From Paraspadella gotoi (lineage: Eukaryota > Animalia > Chaetognatha), in NCBI GenBank assembly GCA_051294375.1, contig CM119265.1, positions 14,252,124 through 14,316,123 of the forward strand: DNA of 64,000 bases, in the 5' to 3' direction. The notes beneath the pieces are model-generated. The model was not told where the DNA came from and did not search any database. It saw nothing but the letters and a program-made list of their open reading frames with translations. The translations under genes and the position numbers were made by a program. Position 1 is the stretch's first letter. Each line of letters begins with the position of its first letter. Shown here in pieces: positions 37,278 to 49,200 of this stretch.

Positions 37278-40200
37278 ATGATTCGGCCCCGCGGGCCACG
37301 CGCAGGACGATTTATAGGATTGCGCGGTCGAGCAAGGGGTGGGGCTTTCAATCTTCCTCATCCTTCAAATCGTGACGTTTCTTCTTTGGCCGGGAACCAC
37401 TTAGGTGGACCGGCCGCGGAAGTTCCTACCGACGGTGAGGAGTCAAATGCAAACCCGCGCCCTATCCCAATTTCTGCTTTTCCACGGACTTCGCATCCGG
37501 GGTCGGTAGGTTACGACGCTGACGCTCCTCCAGGTCAGAACTTAACCGACATCGATGCTATAAATTTCAACGGACCAACGGACGCGCCATCCAATTCTTT
37601 TTCCTCCCGAAACAATCAAAATTGGGAAAACCTTGCGACAGAATTGGGTCGTCGCGACGACGTAGACGAGGGAGGGATAGGAGCTGGTATAGACGATACT
37701 GGTTTCCGTTTCGGCGAGAGAGACAACTTCGAACCCGTCGATTTTGACAGAAACGGTTCTAGCGGATTAAATGTTAATTTTGGCCCGAATTTCGATCACG
37801 GCAATGTTGCTTCCTCGTCTGTACACTCCGACATCGCGCCGCTATTAAGGGAGGTTCACGGAACCGTTATCAATCGTTTTCCGGGACCAGACGCAGCCGG
37901 ATTTCAGTTTGACAGTATCAATGAGGGTCGTCGCAACTTCCCCCTATCCCATGAAGAGAGACCATCACCCGGTTTTCCCCCATTAGAATCAATTGACTTT
38001 AGCGTCCCGCCGCCAAATTTCCCGAAGAACCCGGATTTCACGGTTCCACCGCCAAGCTTTCCCGGCGCGATGACGGGCAGGGGTTTCAGCCCTGGTATCG
38101 TCAGAACCGGCATGGGCGTCACCGCTCCCGGACTAGGCGTTCCGGGCGTCGTAGAACCAATGATGCTTGGCAACAATCCGCGCTTTCGGGTTCCTTCTGC
38201 TTGCAACCTATCCGTCGTCGGGACCGCAATGAGAGGCATCGGCTCTACGAATCTCGGCCGATCCAACTTTCGAGGAAGATTTGATCAGAGAGGTGGAAGA
38301 AGCCAACGATTCGTACGAGGATCTAGGGGTAGAGGGCTGTATATCAGGTGATTATTAATGAAATTAAAATTCTCATTAATAAGTTCATAAACTTGGACCT
38401 TAATCTTAAACACAACCCCAAATCGTGATCAATGAAAATCAAAAGCCGGCTCACGATTTTCTATTTTACTAAGGAATGATTTTTTTTATTAAATTTAAAA
38501 TTTTCGATTTTGTAATTTTAACTCCAGTTCGAATCATGGCGGAGATTCGATGGAACGCCACGAAGACGGAGAAGAGACTCAATTTCTTCCTCCGCTCTCT
38601 TACAAGAATCGAGAGGAATGGAATGCAGATGAGAAAGAACTTGACTCCACCCAGGACGGTAATATGCGTAATTTAAGAGGTGCCGATAATATTTCAACCC
38701 TCGCCCTAATGCAGCATTTATTAATGTTTTTTAAAATAGAGGAGAAAAGTTTTGAGAAATAGTTGACAGCTTTGCAAAGGAAAACCGTAGTACTTAAAAC
38801 AAATAAAAGTTTAAAATAGTAAATTTTGAAATTAACCGATCGGTTAAAATTATTTTTAATCGGTGATTAACGGTTAACCGTTAATCGGTTAAAACGCCTA
38901 ATCCTCTTATTCTAATTTAGTACTAAGGTTATTCAATTATTCCAGATCAAACGGATTTAACTCCGTCTTCGCACGGAACGCCGGTGGAGGAGACGAAAGA
39001 CTCTGAAGCTCGCCTCTGCTGTCCTGGGTGCATGAAGTCCTTTGATGAGGCGGAGGATTTTGACGATCACATAGGTAAGTCGTCAATAGCTGCCGACCAT
39101 TTCGGATAACAATGAGGGTTTTGATCATCGGAGGGTCTTGCACTTTTTCAGATAGATTTTTTAATAACAATTTTTGGACAACTATTTGACACACGGGGAG
39201 AGAAAATTTTTGTGGGTGTACGTATCACTTCATTAAAGAATGAGGAAGCGAAAAATTAGTGACCGAAAGTATTGGATTGCGAGTCGGTGACGGGGTGAAG
39301 GAATCGTTGCGTGCCGTATTTAGGGGATGATAAATTGATTTTAGTTAACTTTATGAAAATTTGCAAATTACTTGTTTCACTATTTCTATTTTTATATTTT
39401 ATGAAGGATTTAGTATTTAATCTATATTATTTAATCAAATATATATTGTTTTATTTTTTAAAAATGTTTTATTTATCTAATAATAGAAATCTACTATGAA
39501 ATTAAATTCAATAGGGGCGGGGGTTCAAAACTTTAGTCTTGAAGTCTACTTTTAGGTAAAAAAAGAATTTTTTAAAAAAGTTCGATTTTAATGCTTTTAT
39601 TGTTGCTATTAAAATTACAATATTACTATATAATGATAAACAATTTTTTTAATCAATCTTAACTTTTTTTGATGGATTCTGATAGAGCATAAAAAGTTAA
39701 ATAAAAAATTTAACTACAACTTTCAAAAATATTTATGTTTTCTTGGTCAAAATTAAGAAAAAGTAAAAAAATTATTGAAAAATGATGATGTTGATGATTA
39801 TAAATAGNNNNNNNNNNTCTGGAAATAGAGAAAAAAATATAGAAAAAATAGAGAAATATACAACACAAGGTTAGATTACTATCTGTCCTAGTTTTCTCAT
39901 AGATATCACACATCATTTCTGTTAGAAAGTCATTAATGAAAAATCCTAATATCTAAGAGGCTGAACAGAAAGGGTTGGGAATGGATAATTTTTTTTTTGA
40001 GGGGGGACCAACGTTATATATGATATTTTTTACCAATAGGGATAAGACTACAATGTAGAATTGTATGTTCTGATAGGGATACACACTGGGGAAAGGTCTA
40101 TAGGGGCACCTTTATGTCATGAATATAATTTTAAAATATTTTAATAAAAATTATATTTTTTATTTATCCTATTTTTTAATTATTTCTTTTTTGAATATTT

Positions 40201-43200
40201 TTTATCTTTTATGTATTTCAAGTTGATAACAGCACTTGTAATTTTTGCATAATATAAGGTTTTTAGAGAACTCTCCTAATTCTTTTTTATGTACGTAGTT
40301 GTTTCGTCACGCCTTTTTCTCGTTTTTTAATCTACTGGGGGAAAAAAGAAAAATAGTTAGTAGATGGTCATCGGTGAAACATATGGATGAAAGTTTAAAA
40401 AATCAAATGAAGTAATTTTAAGTAATAATTTTATTTATTTACAGAGTCATTCACAATTTATACTCCGAATTCATATTTTAAAACCAATCTCACCTTTTTT
40501 TCAGAAACGTGCCAGGAAAATGACGACACTTCGGATCAGATAGAATTCATATGCGCTAACTGCGATGCGGTATTTTCTGTACAGGTAATGAAAACGTGTG
40601 CAAAAAAAATCATTTAATTGGATTAGTGATATTCCTTAATTAAAATAGGACGACTATCATGATCACATCCGGAACGAACACGACATGTCCGTGTGCAGAT
40701 TGTGCACGGCTGAATTCAATAAAAAAGAAGAGCTCAAGATGCATATTGAGACGTCTCACAAAAAAAAGCCTTTTGCCACAGAGGACGTTAAAACGTAAGT
40801 CGTTTTCCAGATTGGTCGAAAGTTTTTCGTTTTTCATTTCAGGAAAAAAAAGTATTTTTTTCTATTTTTTTTGGATTACAACCACGACAAATTTTATTTT
40901 CCTGACAGAAAAGTAATCCAAATAAAAGAAAAAAATCGTTTTTTCTCGCTTCTAAATTTAAACGCAACGAAAAGAGAGAAAAGCAATGTCTATAGATAAT
41001 TATGTTTAATCTTGCAGAGCGCAAAAAATGGGTTTCACCGCTCAGACAACGACGAAACGAGGTCGGACCGGCCCGCTTAGCTTCTACAAAAAACTTGGCA
41101 AAAGGGGAACGGGAACTACGAAATCTTCTACCAATAAGTCAACGACGCCTTCTCTCGTTCGTTCGACTTCTTCGAAAACCGAATCGCTCTCAAAGGCGAC
41201 CCCGGTCAAACTTGCCGACCAAGTCGTGTCAAACGCCAAACAGCTCCAATGCAAGGATAACACCGATAAATTGTTCGACAGTTCGCTGGACTCGGCCGCC
41301 GATCTGGAAACAATTAACCAAACCGCGCAGTCGACAAATCCCCAGTCCGATTCTTCCTGTTCCAACGATCCGACTAGCTCTAATCTTCAACAATCATCCC
41401 TGCCGCATCCGGTGGTTGAGTCCATGTCTCATCTTTCAGTGGAGACCGAAGCTCCGGAGTTTGAAAGCATTGAAGAGACGGAATCTAGCCATTTTCTTAG
41501 CGGATATGCAGAAAACTTGCTAGAGAGCGTAGATTCTCTCGATCGATTTCCTGATGGTGATGACAACGGGACGGGAATCGGCTCGTCCCCTGTGACGAAC
41601 GTGACATCTCCGCTACAGCAAAACAATCCTCGTCTGGCTGATAAAAGCCTTACCCCTGGAAGTAGAGTCAAGCAATACGAGAGGAGGGGGTTTAAGATAA
41701 CAAGTAAGATGGCATTAATGTCACCTCCTCCGCCTCCGAAGAGTCGTCACCGTGAAGAACCGACATGGGACGAACCGCCGAGACAAGGCGTGCCTTGGGG
41801 ACCGGGGATCGATGACGGTCTCCCTGAAAGAGCGCCCTTTCTGCCACATTCTCTCTGGACAGGCAACAGTTCGCCCTCGCAAGGTGACTCAACCGGGGAA
41901 TTCAGTGAGCATGATTTCGAGCAGTTAGACTCTAGTCGCATGTTTCATGAGCCGAGGGAAGAGACGTCGCCATCCCCCCCTCCGCCTCCCCCCTCCCCAC
42001 CGCCAAAACCAGTTGGGACCAAAGCCCGAGTCTCCTTATCCGGACGGCGGTCGCCCCTGTCTAGCGGCGGAAGAAGCAGCGGAAAAAGTCTTGGCGATGA
42101 AAAAGACATAACTAGAGGGTGGAAGAAAATTGAGCCTCAAGTCGTCAAAAAACGAATGAGTATGACCCAGCGATGGGTTTCAAGGGCTGAAGGTTCAAAC
42201 TCTCCACCTCCCCCTCTCTCCATTGACGAATTGGAGCAGTGTATCGGGCGTGAGGTTGACGACGCGACAACCCCGCCCCCTCCGCCTTCACCGCCGCCTC
42301 CACCACCACCCAAAAACGTCAAGTTTGTTGATTTTCTTAAGTCACCGCCCGTCAAGACAAAATTCAAGGAAGAAAATCGCGGGCGGAAACTCCATGATCC
42401 CGTCGGTTCAAGGCGAGAGTCAGTGGGTCGAAAGGGTGGATGGCCAAGGGAAGACGTGACTATGCGACCGCCTGTGCGGAAAAAAGAAGAGCCGTCTGAG
42501 GAAGAAGCAGGGACGGCATGGATATTCGACGATAACATCCTGGATAGGATCATCGCCTTGAAAGAAAATCCCGAGTCGGACCGGTCTGGCTCCACATCTA
42601 TTTCGCCGCCGAGTCCAAAAATACCCCAGTCGTCAAGGCAGTCAAATGACGAGGAAGATGGGGAAGAGGATGAGGAAGACGATGACGAGGAGAGCGAGGA
42701 GGAAGTATTGGAGGTCGTCGACGAAAATGAAGACGAAATTGAACGTGTGCAACGGAGAATCGCTAGTTTACGGGAGAAGCTCCAAAAGAAGGAAGAAAAA
42801 GAGAAGGAAAGAAAGTCGAAAGAGGAAAGAAGGGAACAGCGAAGAAAAGAGAAAGAAATTAAGCGGCAAAAATTGCAAGAGATTGAAAAAGAAAGGGAGA
42901 AAGAGCGCCTGCGTTTGAAAGAAGAAGAAGAAAAGCAAAAAAAGCGAGAGAGAGAAATGCAGAGAAAGCTCATGGAAGAAAACGAAGCGAAATTGAAAGC
43001 GTCGCGTGCAGTGAAAATATCTATGACAAAATCTGCAGAATTATTACCTTCTAAAGAAACTTTCAATACGGTCTCTTCTCATACTTTTGATATCGTTGGG
43101 ACCATTATTGGGGACTCTGCTGGCAAAAACGACAAGGCAGCCAGGCTAGAGAAAGAAAAAAGGATATGCCCCGAGACATCAAGTGAAATGCTGAAATTGT

Positions 43201-46200
43201 TGAATAAATCGGTACGGCCAGATAAACTGCTACCGCCGAAACTCAAAATGCCAGTTTCTGTAAAGAGCAAAGTTTCGGTTCACCAGGAACCAAAAAATAA
43301 CAAGGCTAAGGTCGATTCTGCTCAAGTTAAGAAGGACCGGTCAGTGGAATGTGAAGACAAAAGTGAACGAATAATCAAGAGTAAACAAAAACCTGAACGG
43401 GATTTGGAAGAAAAGGAAAAAAGAAATTATGAATCAAATACGAAGAATAAAGAGCTCAAGGATAATGATAAATCAGAACAAGATAGGAAGAATTTAAAGA
43501 TTGAAAATAAAAAACAAATTGAAGAAACAAGTACGAAACCATCTCTTTTGAGAAACCATTCGCACCCAATTGATCCATATACCGTACAAATGGATGTCAG
43601 CGACATTCCTATTCCAGACACGCCACCTGGTGAGAAAATTTCCTCTGCAATAAGATGTCTACCTGCAGTTTCAGCATCTATTCCTTCTTTGGTCTCGACT
43701 TCTTTAGCAAGTTGTAGTCAAGAAGATGACATGGAGTGGGAGCCAATTGAGCATGATAAAATAGAAACTTCCTGTGAAGTTAACTTAGACGATATCCCTT
43801 TACCTGAGGAATCTCAAGGAGAACCACCGGCCGATAATTATGACAAGTCAACTAATCGTGATAAAAATGTTACTAATCTCAATGATATACCTGACAATGG
43901 CCCCCCAGGTGACTCTCCAACTCAAATTATTTCTTCACTTTCAAGTAGCGATTCTGGAAATGCGTCCGGTCATCCTTTAGAGGGTAATTCAAATGGAAAA
44001 CAAGATAATCTTAATTTATCATTAGGATTTGAGACAGAAGGCCTCGTTAAATTTAGTATTAAATATAAGGATACTTTGAGAAGTATTGAATTAGCGAAAA
44101 AAATTGCTGAAAGAAAGCGAGAAAAAACAAAAGAAAAAGGAAAGAAAAATACAGATGCTCAAAAAAAATCCTCCAGTCTTGATTCAGGTGTTGAAGCTTT
44201 GTTCCGAGAGTATGGATCAGGAGTTTTTGAAAAGCAAAAGCAGGAAGAAAAAAGACGTGAAGAGGAGAAAAAATTAGAGGAAAAAAGAAAGGAAGAAGAA
44301 AAAAAGAAAGCTGAAAAAAAGGCGGAGGAGAGAAGAAAAGAAGAGAAGAGATTGAAAGAAGAAAAAAGAAAACGTATGGAAGAAGAGGAAAATAAAAGAA
44401 AGGAGGAAAAAAAACTAGAAGAAAGAAAGAAAAAAGATGAAGAAAAACGGAAAGATGAAAAGAAAAAATCTAACCAAAGGTCTGAAAAAAATTTGGAATC
44501 TGAAAGAACCGGACCTAATTCTGAAGTCAAAAAGTCTGTTTTGTCCAAGTCCAAAATCGATAAAGTTAAAAAAGCTCAGGGCAAGGAGGATAAAAAATCA
44601 ATTAAGAGTAAGGAACCCTGCAAAAAAGAAATGGTAACAATGAAAGTTAGTTCAGTAAAGCAGACTAAATCATGCTCTTCTACGGAAATCTTGAATACCC
44701 TTTCTAAAGACAAAGTACCTTCGGAAAAGAGATTCGACAGGCGCGTTAAAGCTAAAGGCAATGATACAATTGAAAAATCAGTGAATAATAAAGATATCTC
44801 CCAAAAAAAGAATTATAAACGTAATACCAGAGATAAGAATGAAGATGTCGTAGAAGTTACTTTAATAGACGATTTTGGAATTAATGTGGAGGATGCAGAT
44901 AGTCTTAGTGTATTAGATAATAAAGAAGCGGGTATCAATAGAAGTCATTTACCTGGTTTACCCGACAAAGTACAAATTGAGATGATTAAACAAAAGAAAA
45001 ATGTTTCAGATCTTGACTTTTCTGAAACAGCCAAAATTGAAAATGTACCTTCTTCACCAATATCAATGACAACGATACAAAACTTGAGCCCAATGAAAAA
45101 TATTATGGACCGGATTGTTGATGATGCTCCTGTAGTATTGTCTGATATTGAAGAAGACATACTTTCTGACATAGATGATAATTTGATTTACTCAAAAGGA
45201 AGACCTCAATCTTCAAAATCGATTGAATTGAAACAGATGCGTGTAATATTAACTAGGATTTCTGATTGTGATATTGCAAAAATGACAAATCCAGAGAGAA
45301 AACCAAGATCATCTATTAAAAAAGGAACTCAAAAATTTAAATCTAGGCTCAAAAAAGAAATGGCTGAAATGTCAAGTACCGAGAATATTGTTTTTGAAAA
45401 AAATTCTTTAGATATTAAAGGCTTTACTCAAAAAGCTCATTCTGGTGAAACCGATAATTTAAATGGAGAAACTTCTGAAGGTAATGATTTTCAGAAGCAG
45501 AAAGCTATCAACGAGGACCAAACACAATATATAAACGAACCTCAACCTGAGGAAATGATGTTCATGAGTGTTGAAAGAGAAAAAACGCTTAATAGTGATC
45601 ATGAGTCTGAAGATTGTGAAATTTCAAGTGCATTGTCAAGGTTTCTAGAGGCAGTTGATCAAAATCTTTCAGAAACAAATCAAATGGTAACCGCAGATTT
45701 GTTTAAAACTCGTGAAATTGACCAAACTGTTTCAACTGAAGTTACAGTTCCATATGATCAGGAATCAGAAAATTTTACAAAACCTTTCAATACTGATAAT
45801 CGGTTGCAAAAAAAATTTTCAAGAGAAGTTGGTGAAGCAGACTTAGCCAATTTGGAGAAACCATTTATTAGTGCCGTTTCTATGGAGTCTGGCCTTAGTG
45901 ACGATTTGGATAAAACCACAAATTCTGACGATAATGTAAAGCCAGGTTTTGTTGATAGTTCAGTTGATGCTGTAGACGTGTCAGTAACAGGTCGCATTGT
46001 TCACGATGCTTTGAAAAAGGGTATTAAAGAGGGTACTGTGGAACCAAGCCCTGGAAACGATGTTGTGGAAATCGGTCTCATTGACAATGGTGTTGATCCT
46101 GTCCTCGTCACCAATCCTGTACTATCTGCCAAACCAATCATGAGTGTAAGTATTGGGAATTCAGTGACAGATCCTCAAGAACAAGCGGTTTCTTTGAATT

Positions 46201-49200
46201 CTACGAACGCCCCTTTGAGTGAAAATTATAAGAATTCTATCGAGGCGATGGTACCTGGTGCAGATTCTGTGCAAGAATCGGGAACAGTTGAGGTTGTCGA
46301 TGTTCAACAATCTCTCAAATTAGTCGACCATGAAAAATCGTCAGGGTGTTTTGAAAAATTTGTAAGTCTTGTCAGCCATGATAAATCTACAAAAGAGGTC
46401 GATGTCAAAGATTTTCCTTCTTTGATGGAAAAACTTCATTTACCTGCTGATATATTAAAAGAATCTCGTCGCAAGGAAAATGATTTTGAAAGAGAATCCA
46501 ATCCGGATTCAATTAACAGTAGTGAAAAGATTATATTTGATAAACAGAAAGATGAACGTCAGTGTCTTAAAATAGTTGACAAAACGCTTCATAAATTTTC
46601 AACTTTTCCCGATAACACCGAGCAAAATTTACAAGAAAATTCTGGTTTATCAAGCCCAAATACTTTTGGAATGCTAAAGAAAGGAACTGAAAGAAGTCCG
46701 GTCATCACTTATGTTAATATAAGTGAAAATATTTCACCTTTCAATGAAACATCGAGAAAACGGGTAATTGACACACCAAAATTAAGTTTGGGCTATCACT
46801 CTCAACTTTATTTGCCGTCTCAACTGACACTTACAAAACCAATTCAAAATGTAAACCTAAAAACTCCAGCGGGTGATGAAATCCAGTTAATTCAAGTTTC
46901 CTCTTCCTCTGAAGGAGTTAAGCACGGACCATCTCCACTAAAAAAGTTAAAAACAATCGATAATATTACTCTCACTAGAAATCAAAATATGAGGCTATCA
47001 GTCGTAAAATCTGCTCTAAAAAAGTTAGAAGGATACATAAAAAACTTAAAAACAGATGATTTTGATATAAATGGCTTTAACATCAGTTCAAAGTTTAGAA
47101 CTCAGAGAAGATCATTAAGAGGAAGTGGAGAGGATTTAGCCTGGTCCCGAGAATTATCAATGGGGAAAAAAGTACTAGTTAATAAAACTGAATCCGAAAT
47201 GATTCCAGGTGTAGCTAATGATGCTAAATCAAAGTTGCCCCCTGATTTGCTAACGGTTACCGACAAAGTGCTTAAGCAACATTTTAAACCGTTAATAGTA
47301 GCAAATCTAGAGGCGAAAGACCCTAACATTTGCGCTCACGCTAAAAAAATATCTCTTTCACAGGTGCCCGAGCTTTTAACATTGAACTTGAAACCACCGG
47401 ATGAACCCGATAAAAACCCGAGCGAAAATCTCGGTAATTCTGCGGATTCAAGAAATAAATCAGAAGGCTTTTATTGCAAACTCTGCCCGTTTTCTGTTTC
47501 TACTAAAACTGATATTCTTGCGCACCTAGTTAATGTTCATCACAATTCTCCTTCTTCGGAATTTATTTTTTTGGGGGACTCTGTTGATAAATTTGATAAA
47601 AAATCTGTCGCAGCGACATTATCAGTTCTCCCCAAGAGTAAATCATGTAAGCGAAAAGTAGCTGAATCGCCAAGTTTCGATGAAGGTGATATAAAGAATG
47701 TTTTTGAAGGTACGGTCAAGGATCCCTTTGTTAAGCTGATAAGATTGCACAATGAAGAAAATTCCGAAAAGCAAACGCCTGTTATTAAGGATTCGAGCGG
47801 CTTATCCGATTTTATTTCTAAAAAGCAAGAAAGAAATCGAAGCTGCCAGAATCAACAAGATACCAAAGCATTCATGGAAAAGGAAAGGTTAGCTAGTCAT
47901 TGGGAAGATACCAGCTGTGATGAAATACTCGGCTCGCTCCCTAAATTCGGGGTGAGGGTTTGCCCTAGAATTCGACCGGCATCTAAGTTAGGGACTCCGA
48001 GTAGTTCAGTTGGCCGACTCGCCGCATCTGATATTTCGCGTAACGTTCTACCTAATTTGGGCACGCGAGTTCGACAAAAAGATTCTTCAAACCAAACTGT
48101 TGAGTTAAAATTTCTTCGCGCAAACGCATCTTCTGTTATAAGTGACGAATCCTTAAAGGCAAATTCTACAGTAGACGCAACTCATGAGACTACTAAAAAG
48201 AAACCTCCGGATCAAATCGTCGCGTCAACCTTCGCTCCGAACGTGCCTGGGATTACACCCCTGGAACCAACAAGGCATGTCAGAATTTGGAATTGTAGTG
48301 CTGTTAAAATTGTTTTGAGTTCAGATTTTCAAATTATTTTTTTTAAATTCTCATACCAGAATAAATAAGTAGTCTTCTGTTCCCAAACGTAATTTGAATT
48401 GAATTGAAATGTTTAAAATCGTAAAGAAGACATGGACGGTGATAAGTATAAACTGAAGAGACAGTAATTATTGATATGTGTTTGGATCAGGCTGTAACAC
48501 CATGTTACAGGCGGGTTTAGCGCCCTGTCCCTCTTAACTGCGAGGCGACCACTGGGCTAGAACACCAGACCTTTGGGTTGGGAGGCGAATGACTTGCCTC
48601 CGGCACCAATGGCCGATGATGAACGGTTGGTTGATTTAAGTCCACCATACATTCCCCCCTCTGTTGCGTCTCTTCAGTGAATTGTTGTTGGTGGAAAGTT
48701 CGTCACCAAGTTGAGGCATGTCGCCTGATGTGTTGTTGGCGGAAATATCATCGCCAGGTTGAGGCATGTCGCCTGAAAGTGTTGTTGTTGCTGTTGTTTG
48801 GAAGTCGGGCTCACCAATGAAGAGACAGTAATTATTGATATGTGTTAATGACAGAACCGTTCATTATATTTATAAGCAGTCCCTGAGCTTTGAATCAGGC
48901 TGTAACACCATGTTACAGGCGGGTTAAGCGCCCGGTCCCTCTTAACTGCTAGGCGACCACCGGGCTAGAAGGGTTGGGAGGCGAATGACTTGCCTCCGGC
49001 ACCAATGGCCGCTGATGAACGGTTGGTGGATTTTAGTCCACCATGAAACATTAATTGTATTTTAATTATGGAAAGGCAGTGCGAATGCAAAAAACGTTAT
49101 TTTTTATCAAATATAAGTCGTCTTCAGTGGAAAAGCGTTAGGAAGAATTGTTTATTCGTTCCAAATTGTCACTTAAAAAAGAAGTTGAAATGTTTGGCAA

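Noticed and set aside
42137-44554. Long antisense ORFs (309 aa, 131 aa) rich in S/F/L
   Set aside because: They are shadows of the K/E-rich sense exon.
49012-49055. CTGATGA...hairpin...GAAAC resembling a hammerhead at the edge of the family A LTR
   Set aside because: There are five extra nt before the stem, no stem I or III, the GAAAC is absent from the other LTR, and the motif is antisense to the element.
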